DNA of 64,000 nucleotides from Utricularia gibba (GCA_002189035.1 NEEC01000009.1:372001-436000), one strand, 5' to 3'. Positions 13,957 through 26,000 are shown, counted from the stretch's first letter. Numbers and translations: made by a program. Notes: generated by a model from the sequence alone, not told the origin.

Positions 13957-14958
13957 TAGCCGATTGGAAAAATGTTGAGGTCAAATCTGGAAAACCAATT
14001 CTCAATAATCAATTTTTACTTTTTCAACCATGTACTTAATTTCTTTTTTATTTTTGAAAATTACTTTAACTCCATCATAAGCTAGGAAGTCAATTTTAAA
14101 AAATTGAGGATCTATTCTAAGATATAAAGAGTTGTTTGATAATGATTAAAAAAAAGTGGTAATGGTAATTTTGTAAATACATTAAAACCATTGAAATAAC
14201 TCCATTCACACTCCGGCACTCTGGTTGGTTCATGACGGTGAAGATATTGAAACTTTCGGATGATCTAAAATAAAGATTATTTTTATTAAAAAAATTGATT
14301 ATTTGAATTTTTTAAAAAAAAACTAACTAAAAAACGATAACACGTAACGATGGATTTTAAATAATATAGAAACATAAATTTTGATCAAACTTCATCATGC
14401 AAAAGTTTATTTTTACATGTGCAATTAAATCTCAAAAAATAAATCATTATAGCAACGTATCTCTTTTTATAAAATTATATAATTAATCATACTATCATGG
14501 TTTTTGCCTTACATAATAATGCAAAAGTCAAATGTATTTTGAGGGCGATGTTTAATTGAACCATTATCCTTAAATACTTGAGGTTAATCTAAAATTTTCT
14601 CACATTCTTTTATAATTGTGCAGTGATCAATAACACATTAACAAAGAAAATATTGTGAAAAATGAAATAAACTCCTAAAGTAATTATTACAAAGCATAAT
14701 AAAATAATCATATGTGCATAGATTTATACATGCAAGATTTTACCAAAGATTCTTACCCACAAATACTCGCGTGCACATACTCATAGATGGAAAATATTTA
14801 TTAGGCTTTCTTGGTGAATTTATATCAAATCATATATTCAAATTTTATCTAATTTGAGATTTTTTTAATTAATATAATTTATATTTTCTCTAATTTAATC
14901 CAAAATCATTCTATAAAATCACAAAATACAATTTTTCTCTAAAAATATCAAATTGATA

Positions 14959-14961
<3 letters not shown>

Positions 14962-14998
<37 letters not shown>
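14962..14998. repeat. (AT)n microsatellite
   Basis: An uninterrupted AT dinucleotide run of about 37 bp inside an AT-rich intergenic tract. Confidence 0.9.
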
Positions 14999-15001
<3 letters not shown>

Positions 15002-16038
15002 CATTCAAAAACATAATAAAATTAAATAAAATAGATGTTGAACAATCTAAAATAGTTATTAAAAATCAAAAATATAAATAATGTAAAATCAATTATCAAT
15101 TTGTTTGATATTATATTTTAATTGTCTTTGGTTATTTTGAAATATATGTGTTGATAATACATTTTAAACTGAAAGTTATTTTGTGTAAAATCAATACTTG
15201 ATTATGATTTTAGTTACAAAATTGCATGTATTTATCCTTTAAAGTAGTACTAGTGTTATTATGTTACTTTTTACTGGAACCCTAATTTCTATCTTTGAAT
15301 TTTTACTTGAATAGATATCACATGAGATCGAAGATCTGAGTTTCTCGTGATCTGGTTGAATTTTCGTGGTTCAAGAACTCCTTACTCCACACAAAAAACC
15401 CAATAGACATTAAAATACAATTTCTCATTTTTTAAAAATTGTCTATTAAATGCTTCTCCTCAATTTTGAATATGATTCCAATTATATTTATGTAAATAGA
15501 TTCCTGTCATCCTTTCTCCTCGAATTTGAATATGAGTGAATATATTATTTACAATAAAAATTTCAATTATTCTTTTATTTTCACCCACTTGCAATGGCGT
15601 TAGGGAGATGTCTCTCAACCTGAATTAATTGTATTGTAAGAATAATACAAAAAAAAACGACTTCAAATTTCATTCTGTCAAAATTTTTATTTTTAAATTA
15701 GTTACCGCCGAGGGGCACAAAATGTGGTAAATGGGTTGGTTGGGTAGTCCCGTCCCGTCCAGTCCGACAATTGCGAGGTCGGGGCCGCCAGCTGTGCACA
15801 GCTGTGAAGGGTAGCCGTTGCCCGTTGGTGCGGTGGCGGGCCGCAGTTGGTCACATGCGCCCGTAGTCCAGTCTGGTTAAAACTTGGCCACATCTTTGTC
15901 TCCTTTGCATGGCCCCACCCAAGTGTCCATTTCCACCTCCCCCAATTTACCAAATTGCCCTCCCACTCGTTTCCTTTTCTCCCATTTTATTTATTTAGCG
16001 CCCCCCAACGCCACTTCCCATTCTACGACACTCTCGCA

Positions 16039-16858
16039 ATGGACCGCCGCGCCGCATCCCTCCTCGCCTTCCTCTGCCTCGTTTGCGCCACCGCTGGACA
16101 AACTGCACCCGCAGCCGCGCCGGCGGTTTCCCCCGCTGCCTCTCAGCTCTCCACCCCACCTGCTGCCGCTCCTGTGGCTACCACCACTCCTCCGGCTGCC
16201 GCTCCTGTGGCTACCACCACTCCTCCGGCCGTCGCTCCTGTAACTACCACTCCTCCGGCCGTCGCTCCTGTAACTACCACTCCTCCGGCTGCCGCTCCTG
16301 TAGCTGCCACCACTCCTCCAGCCGTCGCTCCTGTGACTACTACTCCTCCTCCGGCCGCCGCTCCTGTGGCTACCACCACTCCTCCGGCCGTCGCCCCTGT
16401 AGCTGCCACCACTCCTCCGGCAGCAGCCCCCGTCGCTAGCACGCCTCCGGCAACAACACCGACCGCGTCCCCTCCGGCTCTCACTCCAACCGCCGAGACA
16501 GTTCTTCCTCCCGCCCCAGCCCCAGCCACTGCCTCGCCGTCTGAGACACCCGCCCAGCACCCAAAGCTAGCAAGAAAAAGAGCAAACACAGCGCCTCCCC
16601 TGCCCCGGCACCTGAACTCCTGGGACCACCCGCACCGCCGGCCGAAGCCCCAGGAAGCGCGGCTCCAGCGCCGACGACCCTCAACGATGTGGTAAGTCCC
16701 CTAATTTTGGCAATGTAGTCCCAGATCTGGAATCCTAATCCCCATAACTTAACTAACCAACTCTCTCAATCTCGCAGAGCGGCGCCGGGAAGGTGGTTCG
16801 CAGAGTGTCGGTGGCGTTGTGGATGGCGGCCGCGGTGGCGGCGGCAGCGGCATTCTAG
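16039..16858 (+). CDS. Lys-rich classical arabinogalactan protein (AGP17/18/19, LeAGP-1 type), GPI-anchored, 2 exons, with an apparent 1-bp frameshift at 16553-16555
   Basis: Signal peptide MDRRAASLLAFLCLVCATAG-Q and PAST-rich repeats. In the shifted frame: APAPKASKKKSKHSASPAPAPELLGPPAPPAEAPG...LNDV, intron 16692-16777, then SGAGKVVRRVSVALWMAAAVAAAAAF* (GPI omega site plus hydrophobic tail). Confidence 0.9.
16157..16440 (+). repeat. Coding minisatellite of about 30-33 bp units encoding PPA(A/V)APV(A/T)TTT
   Basis: About nine near-identical units of the form CCTCCGGC(T/C)G(C/T)CGCTCCTGT(G/A)(G/A)CT(A/G)CCACCACT inside the AGP coding region. Confidence 0.85.
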
Positions 16859-17222
16859 ATTGCCCTTTGATTCGTTATGTTGATTGCTGCATTGCATGAG
16901 CCAGCTATTTATTTATTACTGTTGTGGGGGTGGTGCCTGCTGCATTTATTTGATTTATTTTTGCATTTGTCGACCGTTGGAGCAGACAATTGCTATTAAT
17001 ATCAAATGCATTCATTTACCATCTTCGACCCCAACTGCCCCACCCATCCAACCTTTCTTTTTGTTATGCCCTAAAACTGACAACTCATCTCTAAATTGAC
17101 ACTCACTGTCGGTGCCCCCTTTCTAAAATTATCATGTGTAAAAAAACAAACAAAAAATATTATTATTCATGAAATATCGCGTTGGATTGAAAATAAAGTA
17201 ACAAGATATTATTCAATTGAAT

Positions 17223-17239
17223 AAACCCTAAACCCTAAA
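17223..17239. repeat. Short interstitial telomere-like repeat (AAACCCT)2AAA
   Basis: AAACCCTAAACCCTAAA read directly. Only two full units, so it may simply be a double telo-box. Confidence 0.5.
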
Positions 17240-18156
17240 TCCAATTCCCCTAGATCTAATATGAAAATTTTTAATAATTAGAAATCAAATTAAAATTCAA
17301 TTCTGAAAAACTGAATCCAGATCCGATAGATCTGCCCATCCATATGTCTACTCTAGAGAGACTTTGAGGACGCTACTTTATAAATACATTTTTTTTTTCA
17401 AAATGATAAATTCAAGGTTCAATATTTTGTTTCAAACTTCGAGCATTGGAATACAAAAATTACGCATCTTTGATTTCTACAAACTGTATAATTTCTATTA
17501 ACATTTGTTCATTCTATTTTTCTTTTTCATTAACATTTATAAAAAACTTAGTTTCAAAAACTTTTCTGAGATTTAAATTAGTTAATTTAATATGTTGAAT
17601 TTAGGACCGTAGACATTTGGAGTTGTGATTTTTGAAAAGTAATGGTTTTTTAATAAAATATAAACATTTTAATTTTATATTAAATAATATACAAAAATAT
17701 AAAAAAAATGTTTTTAATTTTATATTTTCATTTTGTATAAGGCAAGAAAATCAAAATGTTTAATGTCCATTAATTCAAATTTCATAAATCAAGAAATTCA
17801 ACCAGTGGAATGCTTTTGAAATCACTCGGTACAGAAATAGATTTTTTAAGTATTTCAATTTTACTAAGCATGAATTTGAAAATAAAACGATTAAATATTA
17901 GAATTTTCAAAAATTAAAAAAATCAAGTCATTAAATTATTAACAAATAACGGCCCATACAGTTTTACATTAATCTCAATTTGCGTCACCGAATTACTTTT
18001 ATTTTTAGAAAAATAGTTTTTTTAAAAGAAAAATGGTATGGGATCCGTTTTAAAAGGGTCGGAGGTTTAAACCCGTCCTGAATCCTCTCACGCGGAACCT
18101 TGTCATCTGGAGTGGGACGCTCCCCGCGCTGTTCGACAGAGAATGGTGTTCAAAGG

Positions 18157-20133
18157 ATGGCTCCCGCGCGCATCTGGGAGGCTGGGGGAGTTGTGACTCT
18201 TTCTTCGTACATGGCAGTGAGAAACCGATTGGTGGATCGTTTATGTCGAGAAAAGCGTTTGAGGGAGGTTATCCAGGTCCTCGAGAGCCAGGTCCATCAA
18301 CCCTCTGCTGTCTTGTATACGAACATTCTACACCTCTGCATTGAAAAGAGAGCTCTAGATGAAGGGAAGCGAGTTCTTGCGCATATTAAGGGATCAGGTT
18401 TTGTGCCTGGTACATTTGTTTCCAACAAGATTCTTCATTTATTTTGCAAATGTGAGAGTATTTATGATGCCAGAACGCTATTTGATGAAATGGGTTGCCG
18501 GGACTTGTGTTCCTGGAACATTATGCTTTATGGGTACACGAATGTGGGTCAGCTTTCCCGTGCAAGAGCTCTGTTTGATGAAATGCCTCAAAGAGATAAC
18601 TTTTCTTGGACAGCTATGATTTCGGGTTATGTGAAGCATGAAGAACCTGAGAATGCATTAGAGTTGTATAAGTTGATGCACAGGAATGATGGCTCCACCT
18701 GTGATAATAAGTTTACTATTGCCAGTGCTCTTGCTGCTTCAGCTGCTATGCAGTCTTTGCGTTTTGGCAAAGAGATCCATGCTCATATATTTAGAAGCGG
18801 ACTGGATTCTGATGCAGTGGTTTGGAGTGCTTTGTTGGATGTGTACGGAAAATGTGGGAGTGTAAATGAAGCTAGATATATATTCGATAAGACAATGGAG
18901 AAGGATGTAGTTTCTTGGACAACAATGATCGATCGCTATTTCGGAGATGGAAGGTTGGAAGATGGCTTTTCTTTGTTTTCTCGTATGCTGCTTTCAGGAC
19001 TTAGTCCAAATGAGTTCACTTATTCTGGAGTCCTAAATGCTTGTGCCTTTTGTACCGCCGAGGAGCTTGGGAGACAGGTACATGGTCACATGATGCGGAC
19101 CGGATTTGATCCTCATTCATATGCTGCTAGTGCACTCGTTCACATGTACGCCAAGTGTGGCAGTGTTGAATCAGCACACAAAATATTTAATTTACTGCCG
19201 AAGCCAGATTTAGTTTCATGGACATCTTTGATTAACGGATATGCGCAGAACGGTCACCCCCGAGAAGCACTTGAGCTTTTTGAGCTGTTACTGAAATCTG
19301 GTACACAACCGGATCACATCACTTTTGTTGGAGTCCTGTCTGCTTGTACACATGCTGGTCTAGTTGATAAGGGTATTGAATATTTCCACTCAATATCAGA
19401 GAAACATGGTTTGAGACATACTCCTGATCACTATGCCTGTGCAGTAGATCTTTTAAGTCGTTCGGGGAGATTTAAAGAAGCTGCAGATCTCATTAGTGTG
19501 ATGCCTAAAAAACCTGACAAATTTGTTTGGGCTTCTCTACTTGGTGGTTGCCGAATTCATCGAAATCATGCACTTGCAAAGCAAGCAGGTGAAGCCTTGT
19601 TACAACTTGAGCCTGATAATGCAGCTACCTATGTCACTCTAGCTAACATCTACGCCAGTGAAGGGAAATGGAGTGAAGCTGCTAAGATCAGAGCACTAAT
19701 GGAGGAAAGAGGTGTGCTCAAGAAGCCTGGCATGAGCTGGATCAGCATAAAGAACAAAACCCATATTTTCTTGGTTGGAGATTTGCCCCATCCGAAATCA
19801 GAGGAGGTGCTTTTGTTCTTGAATGAAGTGTCAAAGAGAATGAAGGAAGCAGGCTACACGCCACAAACAAATCATGTGCTCCATGACGTTGAGGATGAGC
19901 AGAAAGAGCAATGCCTTTCGTATCATAGCGAGAAGCTTGCTGTGTCATTTGGCATTATAGCTACGCCTCACGAAACACCCGTAAAGGTTTTCAAGAATCT
20001 GAGAACTTGTGTTGATTGTCATGCTACTATTAAGTTCATCTCTGGTATGACGGGGAGAAAGATTATCATTAGAGACTCTAGCAGGTTCCATAGTTTTGAA
20101 TCTGGAAGCTGTTCCTGCAACGATTATTGGTGA
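18157..20133 (+). CDS. PLS-class PPR protein with DYW deaminase domain (At4g37170-like), single exon
   Basis: 677-codon ORF with tandem PPR motifs (SWNIMLYGY, SWTAMISGY, SWTSLINGY), the PG box KKPGMSWI, zinc ligands HSEKLA and CVDCH, and a terminal DYW. First in-frame ATG at 18157. Confidence 0.95.
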   Translation: MAPARIWEAGGVVTLSSYMAVRNRLVDRLCREKRLREVIQVLESQVHQPSAVLYTNILHLCIEKRALDEGKRVLAHIKGSGFVPGTFVSNKILHLFCKCESIYDARTLFDEMGCRDLCSWNIMLYGYTNVGQLSRARALFDEMPQRDNFSWTAMISGYVKHEEPENALELYKLMHRNDGSTCDNKFTIASALAASAAMQSLRFGKEIHAHIFRSGLDSDAVVWSALLDVYGKCGSVNEARYIFDKTMEKDVVSWTTMIDRYFGDGRLEDGFSLFSRMLLSGLSPNEFTYSGVLNACAFCTAEELGRQVHGHMMRTGFDPHSYAASALVHMYAKCGSVESAHKIFNLLPKPDLVSWTSLINGYAQNGHPREALELFELLLKSGTQPDHITFVGVLSACTHAGLVDKGIEYFHSISEKHGLRHTPDHYACAVDLLSRSGRFKEAADLISVMPKKPDKFVWASLLGGCRIHRNHALAKQAGEALLQLEPDNAATYVTLANIYASEGKWSEAAKIRALMEERGVLKKPGMSWISIKNKTHIFLVGDLPHPKSEEVLLFLNEVSKRMKEAGYTPQTNHVLHDVEDEQKEQCLSYHSEKLAVSFGIIATPHETPVKVFKNLRTCVDCHATIKFISGMTGRKIIIRDSSRFHSFESGSCSCNDYW

Positions 20134-20193
20134 TTTTTTCAGGAAGCAAAATTTGTTGTATGTGGGGTGCTTGAAAGATCGATTTTTTGCGTC

Positions 20194-22224
20194 ATGTACG
20201 CAACGAAGTCGCAAGCTTGGCCAGTATCCTCTTTCGTGTATTGGAGAATTGCTGGAAATGTAACGATCGTTCCTGCCCATAAGCACTTTCTCCGTCTGTT
20301 ACTTCACACAGCTGTGCATGTCCCTTCTTACGGTGAAAGGGAACTTGATTCTCTCGTTGTCAAATGCTCATCAATGAGTCAAGTCAAAATTCTTCATGCC
20401 CAGATGATCTCAAGGGGCCTCGCAGACGACAATATCTCTCTCAGCAGGCTCATTTTACTTTGTTGTGTGTCATCGTTTGGTGACAGGGAGTACGCGGATG
20501 ACCTGTTCGACAGAATTCCTAGTCCAAATAGGTACATATACAACACCTTAATAAGAGCTTCCGTGAATGACGGAAAAGCGAGTAAAGCTGTTTTGCTTTA
20601 CACAAAGATGGTTGTTTCTGGTGTTTTTCCGAACGAGTTTACGTTTCCTTTTATTCTTAAAGCTTGTGCGTTTCAGAAGGCGCACTTGGAGGGTCTGTGG
20701 GTTCATTTGCATGCTATGAAGCTGGGGTTCTCTGAAAGCTACATATGCGTGCAAAATGGGCTGATAAACTTCTATGTTAGCTGTGGGAAGATTGAATCTG
20801 CGCGAGAAATTTTCAACTTCATGGATTCTAAGACCTTAGTTTCATGGAATTCAATGATTGGTGGGTATGCAAAAATGGGTAAATATGGAGAAGCAACTCT
20901 GATGTTTGTTGACATGAGGAATGGAGGGGTGGAACCGGATGGTCATACTTTGGTCAGTTTGCTGTCAGTTTGTTCTAGGATCAACGATGTAGAGTTTGGG
21001 AAATTTCTTCACTGGTACATTGAGATTAATGGAGTTGTTGCTGATATTTATTTGCAGAATGGTCTCCTGGATATGTACGCAAAGTGTAGCCATTTGCATA
21101 TAGCTGAAGTCATCTTTGCAAGAATGGTACATAAGAGTGTTGTTTCGTGGACATCAATTCTCAGTGCATATGCAAAGCATGGCCTTGTCGAATTAGCTGA
21201 GACTACTTTCAACAGAATGCCTGTTAAAAATGTGATATCATGGAACTCGATGATCACATGTTGTCTTCAAAACGGCCAGCTCAAAAAATCTCTGGAATTC
21301 TTTCACAGAATGCTTAGTTCATCTGTGGTGCCTGATCAGACCACGGTGGCAAGTGCTCTTTCAGCATGCAGTCAACTGGGTGATTTTGTCACAGGTAGAA
21401 AATTGCATGAGTATCTGCGTGCAAACACTCTAGAACCTACCATAACATCATCTAATGCCCTGATCGATATGTACGCAAGATGTGGTTTTCTGGAAACGGC
21501 AATGGATGCCTTTGAAAACATGTCTGAGAAAAATGTCGTCTCATGGAACACCATGATTAATGCTCTAGCATTCCACGGTCTTGGACACAGAGCAATTGAG
21601 CTTTTTGAACAGATGGAAGCTAATAAGGTGCAACCTGATGCTGTTACATTCAGTGGCTTGCTCTCTGCTTGCTGCCATTGTGGGCTAACCGATACTGGGC
21701 AGCTCCTATTCCATAAAATGAGCAAGGATTTCAACATCCCTTACGAAATCGAGCATTATGCTTGCATGATTGATCTTCTCGGCCGTGGAGGTTTATTCCA
21801 AGAGGCATTGAAGCTCATAAGTGAAATGCCAATGAGACCAGATACAGTGATCTGGGGGGCACTGCTAAGCGCCTGCCGAACACATCGAAAGGTCGTCGTT
21901 GCAAAACTGATCCTGAAGCAGCTCTTAGAGATGGAGCCGCATTCTGGTGGCCTGTACATCCTCGTGGCCAATATATTCCATGAATGCCAGCAATGGGATG
22001 GAACCAAGAAGATGTGGATTCTGATGAATAACTGCAGTGTTCCCAAGAACAGGGGCATGAGTTCCGTGGAAGTGAATGGCAGAGTCCGTGATTTCGTGGC
22101 CGGAGACAGGAGCCATGAAGAAGATTCAGCTGCTGTGTACTCACTGCTGCATCACATGAAGAGCCACCTCAACACTAACACTGAATGTGAAGATGGCTGC
22201 AGTTCCAGCCTGGAAGCTCCTTGA
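20194..22224 (+). CDS. PLS-class E/E+ PPR protein without DYW (At2g22410/SLO1-like), single exon
   Basis: 685-codon ORF with PPR motifs (SWNSMIGGY, SWTSILSAY, SWNTMINAL), HYACMIDLLGRGG, an E domain WGALLSACRTH and DFVAGDRSH. There is no HxE/CxxC motif and no DYW. First in-frame ATG at 20194. Confidence 0.93.
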   Translation: MYATKSQAWPVSSFVYWRIAGNVTIVPAHKHFLRLLLHTAVHVPSYGERELDSLVVKCSSMSQVKILHAQMISRGLADDNISLSRLILLCCVSSFGDREYADDLFDRIPSPNRYIYNTLIRASVNDGKASKAVLLYTKMVVSGVFPNEFTFPFILKACAFQKAHLEGLWVHLHAMKLGFSESYICVQNGLINFYVSCGKIESAREIFNFMDSKTLVSWNSMIGGYAKMGKYGEATLMFVDMRNGGVEPDGHTLVSLLSVCSRINDVEFGKFLHWYIEINGVVADIYLQNGLLDMYAKCSHLHIAEVIFARMVHKSVVSWTSILSAYAKHGLVELAETTFNRMPVKNVISWNSMITCCLQNGQLKKSLEFFHRMLSSSVVPDQTTVASALSACSQLGDFVTGRKLHEYLRANTLEPTITSSNALIDMYARCGFLETAMDAFENMSEKNVVSWNTMINALAFHGLGHRAIELFEQMEANKVQPDAVTFSGLLSACCHCGLTDTGQLLFHKMSKDFNIPYEIEHYACMIDLLGRGGLFQEALKLISEMPMRPDTVIWGALLSACRTHRKVVVAKLILKQLLEMEPHSGGLYILVANIFHECQQWDGTKKMWILMNNCSVPKNRGMSSVEVNGRVRDFVAGDRSHEEDSAAVYSLLHHMKSHLNTNTECEDGCSSSLEAP

Positions 22225-23014
22225 ACTTGTTCATTACAATTTTGTAGATATTTTTGTTCAGAAAACAAAAGGTGGAAATTGTCGGTAATGATATTAAAGC
22301 GTGTCCTAACGAATTATTTAATATTTAATATACATTGATGGATGCCGCCTGGGGGCTGGGGAGGGAAGAGTCTTGGTTTTTTTTTTTTTTTTTTTTTTTG
22401 AGGCTTCGAGGCCTTCGTTACAGAAGAAAATACGGCCTCCATCGCGCCTCTCTCTCCCCGCTTTTGGCTGGGAACTGCGCCTTCGGAATTCAGGCAGTTA
22501 ATTTGCGTTTTTGACACGTGTGATTCTTCCCTCGTACGTTTCTTGATCCGGCAACCGATTTCATGTATGCTCTTTGATTCGCTGGGTTTCTTTGGTGGCA
22601 AGTGGGAGGGTATGGTATGTGTTTTGTTACTGTATTCTTGGTACAGTTAGGTTTTTTATGACCGCCATTGACTCTTGAAGATTCATTGCGCGCTGGATTT
22701 TAGGATTTTGCTTCTTCTGTCTTGGGCACTCGACATATTGTTCAAATTGGAACCCCTCGTTCCGTCGATCTTGGGTTTAATGTGGGTCTTGTTATTTTTG
22801 GCTGTTTGTTCTACAGATCTTCATAGGAAGCTTGATTTTTTTTTTTTTTTTTTTTGAAGGGACGAAGGTTCAATCCAGTAGCTTTTTCCTCTCGTTCACT
22901 GTGAGTGCTCGTGTCATCGATTTGTTCCTGTTTACAAGGATGATTTGGTGATCGCCTTTTTTAATGTCAGGCTGTGAACTTTGTATCTAAGGGGATTTAG
23001 GACTTTGATTTACA

Positions 23015-26000
23015 ATGCCCCTGTATAAACGAAAGCCGTTTGCTCTCACTGTACAACCTGAGGATTTAAATCCTGAAGAGCCTGTCTTTCAAATTCGTTT
23101 CACTAAGGAAATCTTCAGAAGTTACAAGTAAATGTTGCCTTTATTCCAGCACCGATATTTCTGAATCAAATTTTTCTTTTGTTATTAAGACTTGTTGAAA
23201 TGCTTAATCTTAAATGGTGCAGTGATTATTTGCGGCGAATCAATTTGTACAACAGAAGATTTTGGACATGCAAAGCAACGGGAAAGGGCAGTTTGACCTA
23301 CGAGGAGGCACTGGTTTCAGAAGGAAAGGCTTTAAAAAGGATACAATCTATTCCCACTGAATTTGTGGCTTTCGTCCTACGTGAAGTTCAATTCAGTAAG
23401 TGCATTGATGGATTATGTTATAATTCCTAACGTCTGTGGGCATTGTGGGATATCAGACTTGTGTAGCTAGTGTGTGAATGTAAAAGAACCCAACTGAATT
23501 ACTCGCTCCTTGCAGGCATGCTGACCTTAAAAGATCTGGTCGATTTTATTTATTCAAAGTTACAAGGTCCTCATAAGGAGGGTGCAGAATTGTATGGAAA
23601 GAAGAATGGCTGCCTGCATCCGTGCAGGATTTTGAGGGTTATTGAAAATGATCAGAATGTTCAATATGAAATTGAGTGGCTTGGCAATGACAATACATGG
23701 AATGGGAACGCTGTGGTTAATAGTGAGGATTTGACTGGGAAGAGTCTGCCTTTTAGTAAACGTCTTCTCAAGTCCTTCATCAGAGATTCTACATTTCGGA
23801 GTCTCCCCTGGCTTTTACATGAAGGTTTGGCAAAGAAGTACGGAATCTCAACTTCACTACCAGAAGACTTGAAGTCCAAAATTGTGGTATTGAACGGAAA
23901 TGTGGTTAACCGAAAGAGAAAAAGAAGTGAAGGGAAAGGAAACACCGAGGTGGTATCTTTTATCTTTTTTTAAATTTTATAGTCCATGCATTGTTGACGT
24001 TATGTAAATTTTTCTTCTCAGGAGAAGGGTGAGAAAGGAATCAAGGTATACAAAAGGAGAGCTGAAGGAAATTCGGATGTCTCCCTTACTGGAAAAAGTG
24101 CTAATGGAGGTAACCTTAGGTTATTTATACTGTTCATGTGTTCTTATACTATCGGATGAGTTCATAAACTATGGTCACGTTAAAAAGCAGATGTATCACT
24201 CAGCTATCTTTCTGTTCTTCATCTCTCGAGTTCCCCCTGAGAAGATGTGCTTCGTCTTCCTTCTGTTCTGGGATTTTCCCGTTCTATTAGTTCTTTCTCC
24301 CCTTTCTGGACTGTTCAGAGCATTTTTCCTAGATCACAAGGAATCCTATTGGTTGCTTTTTTTTCTTTTTTTTCTGAATAGTCACATACTGATAAATTTT
24401 GATCTGATGTCTTCAGGAAATGAGGATTCCGGCGATCTGTCCATGAAGTATCCCATTGATGATCTGCTTGTTCCACCTAGCGATGAGGATAATTTTTTGA
24501 TGAAAAGGCCTTCGCCTTGCAGAAAGTTCACTGTACCCATGGACTGTGTAGGGGATCTTTTGATGGTATGGGATTTCTGTACTTCTTATGGGAGGCTGTT
24601 AAGCTTGTCTCCTTTCACCCTGGAAGACTTCGAGAATTCCCTCTGTTATAGGGACACCACTCCACCAATTATTGTAGAATCTTGTCTAGCATTTCTTCGC
24701 CTGCTCAATAATGATGATGGGGAAACAGAAGATAAGAAACGGAAGCCAAAGGTTAGCCCCATGAGCATCAATTCTTCGGCATTTCCTTGGTTTAGAAAGT
24801 TTTGTGTCTAAGAGCTCTATCATCATTGTATCACATTCCAAACGCTATTTCAGATGGTCTGGTCTGATTCTCTAAGCGATTTCTTGGAAACAAGTTGCGA
24901 TGCTGAATTGTCCAAGCACAGAAGTGCCATTAAGCTTGGTGATTATAGCCTACTCGAAGTCCATGTGAAACTGGCAATCTTTCAGGAGTTGCAAGCTAGA
25001 ACTCTGGAGACGGATGCCTTCAAGGACAAGTTGGATGAGTATATTGAAGAACGGCAGGCTCTTGCTGCCACACGGAGGGATGAGGCCCTGGAAGAAGGTA
25101 GGAGGAGGAGAGAAGAAAAAGAGCGCAGGAAATCAGAAGCTGGTGCAATGCCGGAGTGAGCACTTTTTATATTCCCAGCTTGCATTGCACATCCAATTCC
25201 AAGTCATCTTGTTTCCTCATGCTTTTGTTTCTTCGGCGAAAATTTCTTGCAGTGCAAGTGCTGAAGACAGCCTATCCAAGAAGAATGCTAGGAAACCTAA
25301 GGTTGAAAGTAATGTAGCCTCGGATGATTTGAGTAATCCATCTAAGAGGGAGATACATAAGTTGATGAAAAGTGGGATCAAAGAACAAATAGAGACGAAG
25401 AGTGCTGAAGAAAGGGTTGGCCTCTTCTCTAATGCTCTTATCTTCTTCTCGCTATATATTTCATGCATATGTTTGTACCCCCACAGCGTCTGCGCATTCA
25501 TGTTATTATATGCAGAAAGATTACACTATGGGGGGATGGAGGTATTAATGTTTAACACCGCTGCATTATACTCATGCAGAAACAATACCTAGACCGTGAG
25601 ATTGAGAAGAGACCTATTCGCACGACTGCATTAGGGAGAGACAGAAATTGTAAGAGGTATTGGTTTTTCCGACGTGATGGAAGAGTGTTTGTCGAGAGTT
25701 CTGATTTCAAAGAGTGGGGCTATTATGAAACCAAGGAAGAGGTACATTTCATTTTCTAATAGCACTTTTCCTATTATTTTCTTTTTTTGTAATGTTATAC
25801 CTTTCTTTGTGATATCAGCTCGATGCATTGATTGGCTCCTTGAATATAAAAGGCGTGAGGGAGAGGTCCCTTAAAAAACAGCTGCAGAAATTTTACAACA
25901 AAATATGGTAAGTTCATCGCTTCCCCCCTCTGTGATCAGCTAGCTAATATTTGTTAGATAGCTGGTAAGTGCTTAGCAACTTTTTCAGATAAACTGTTGG

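Noticed and set aside
15884-16695. Multiple overlapping ORFs in other frames and strands of the AGP
   Set aside because: They arise from the stop-poor GC-rich tandem repeat. Only the signal peptide/PAST/GPI frame makes sense.
22314-22601. 95-aa minus-strand ORF with a poly-Lys stretch
   Set aside because: It has a TTG start, the poly-K comes from a T homopolymer, and it lies antisense to the DDT gene promoter/leader.
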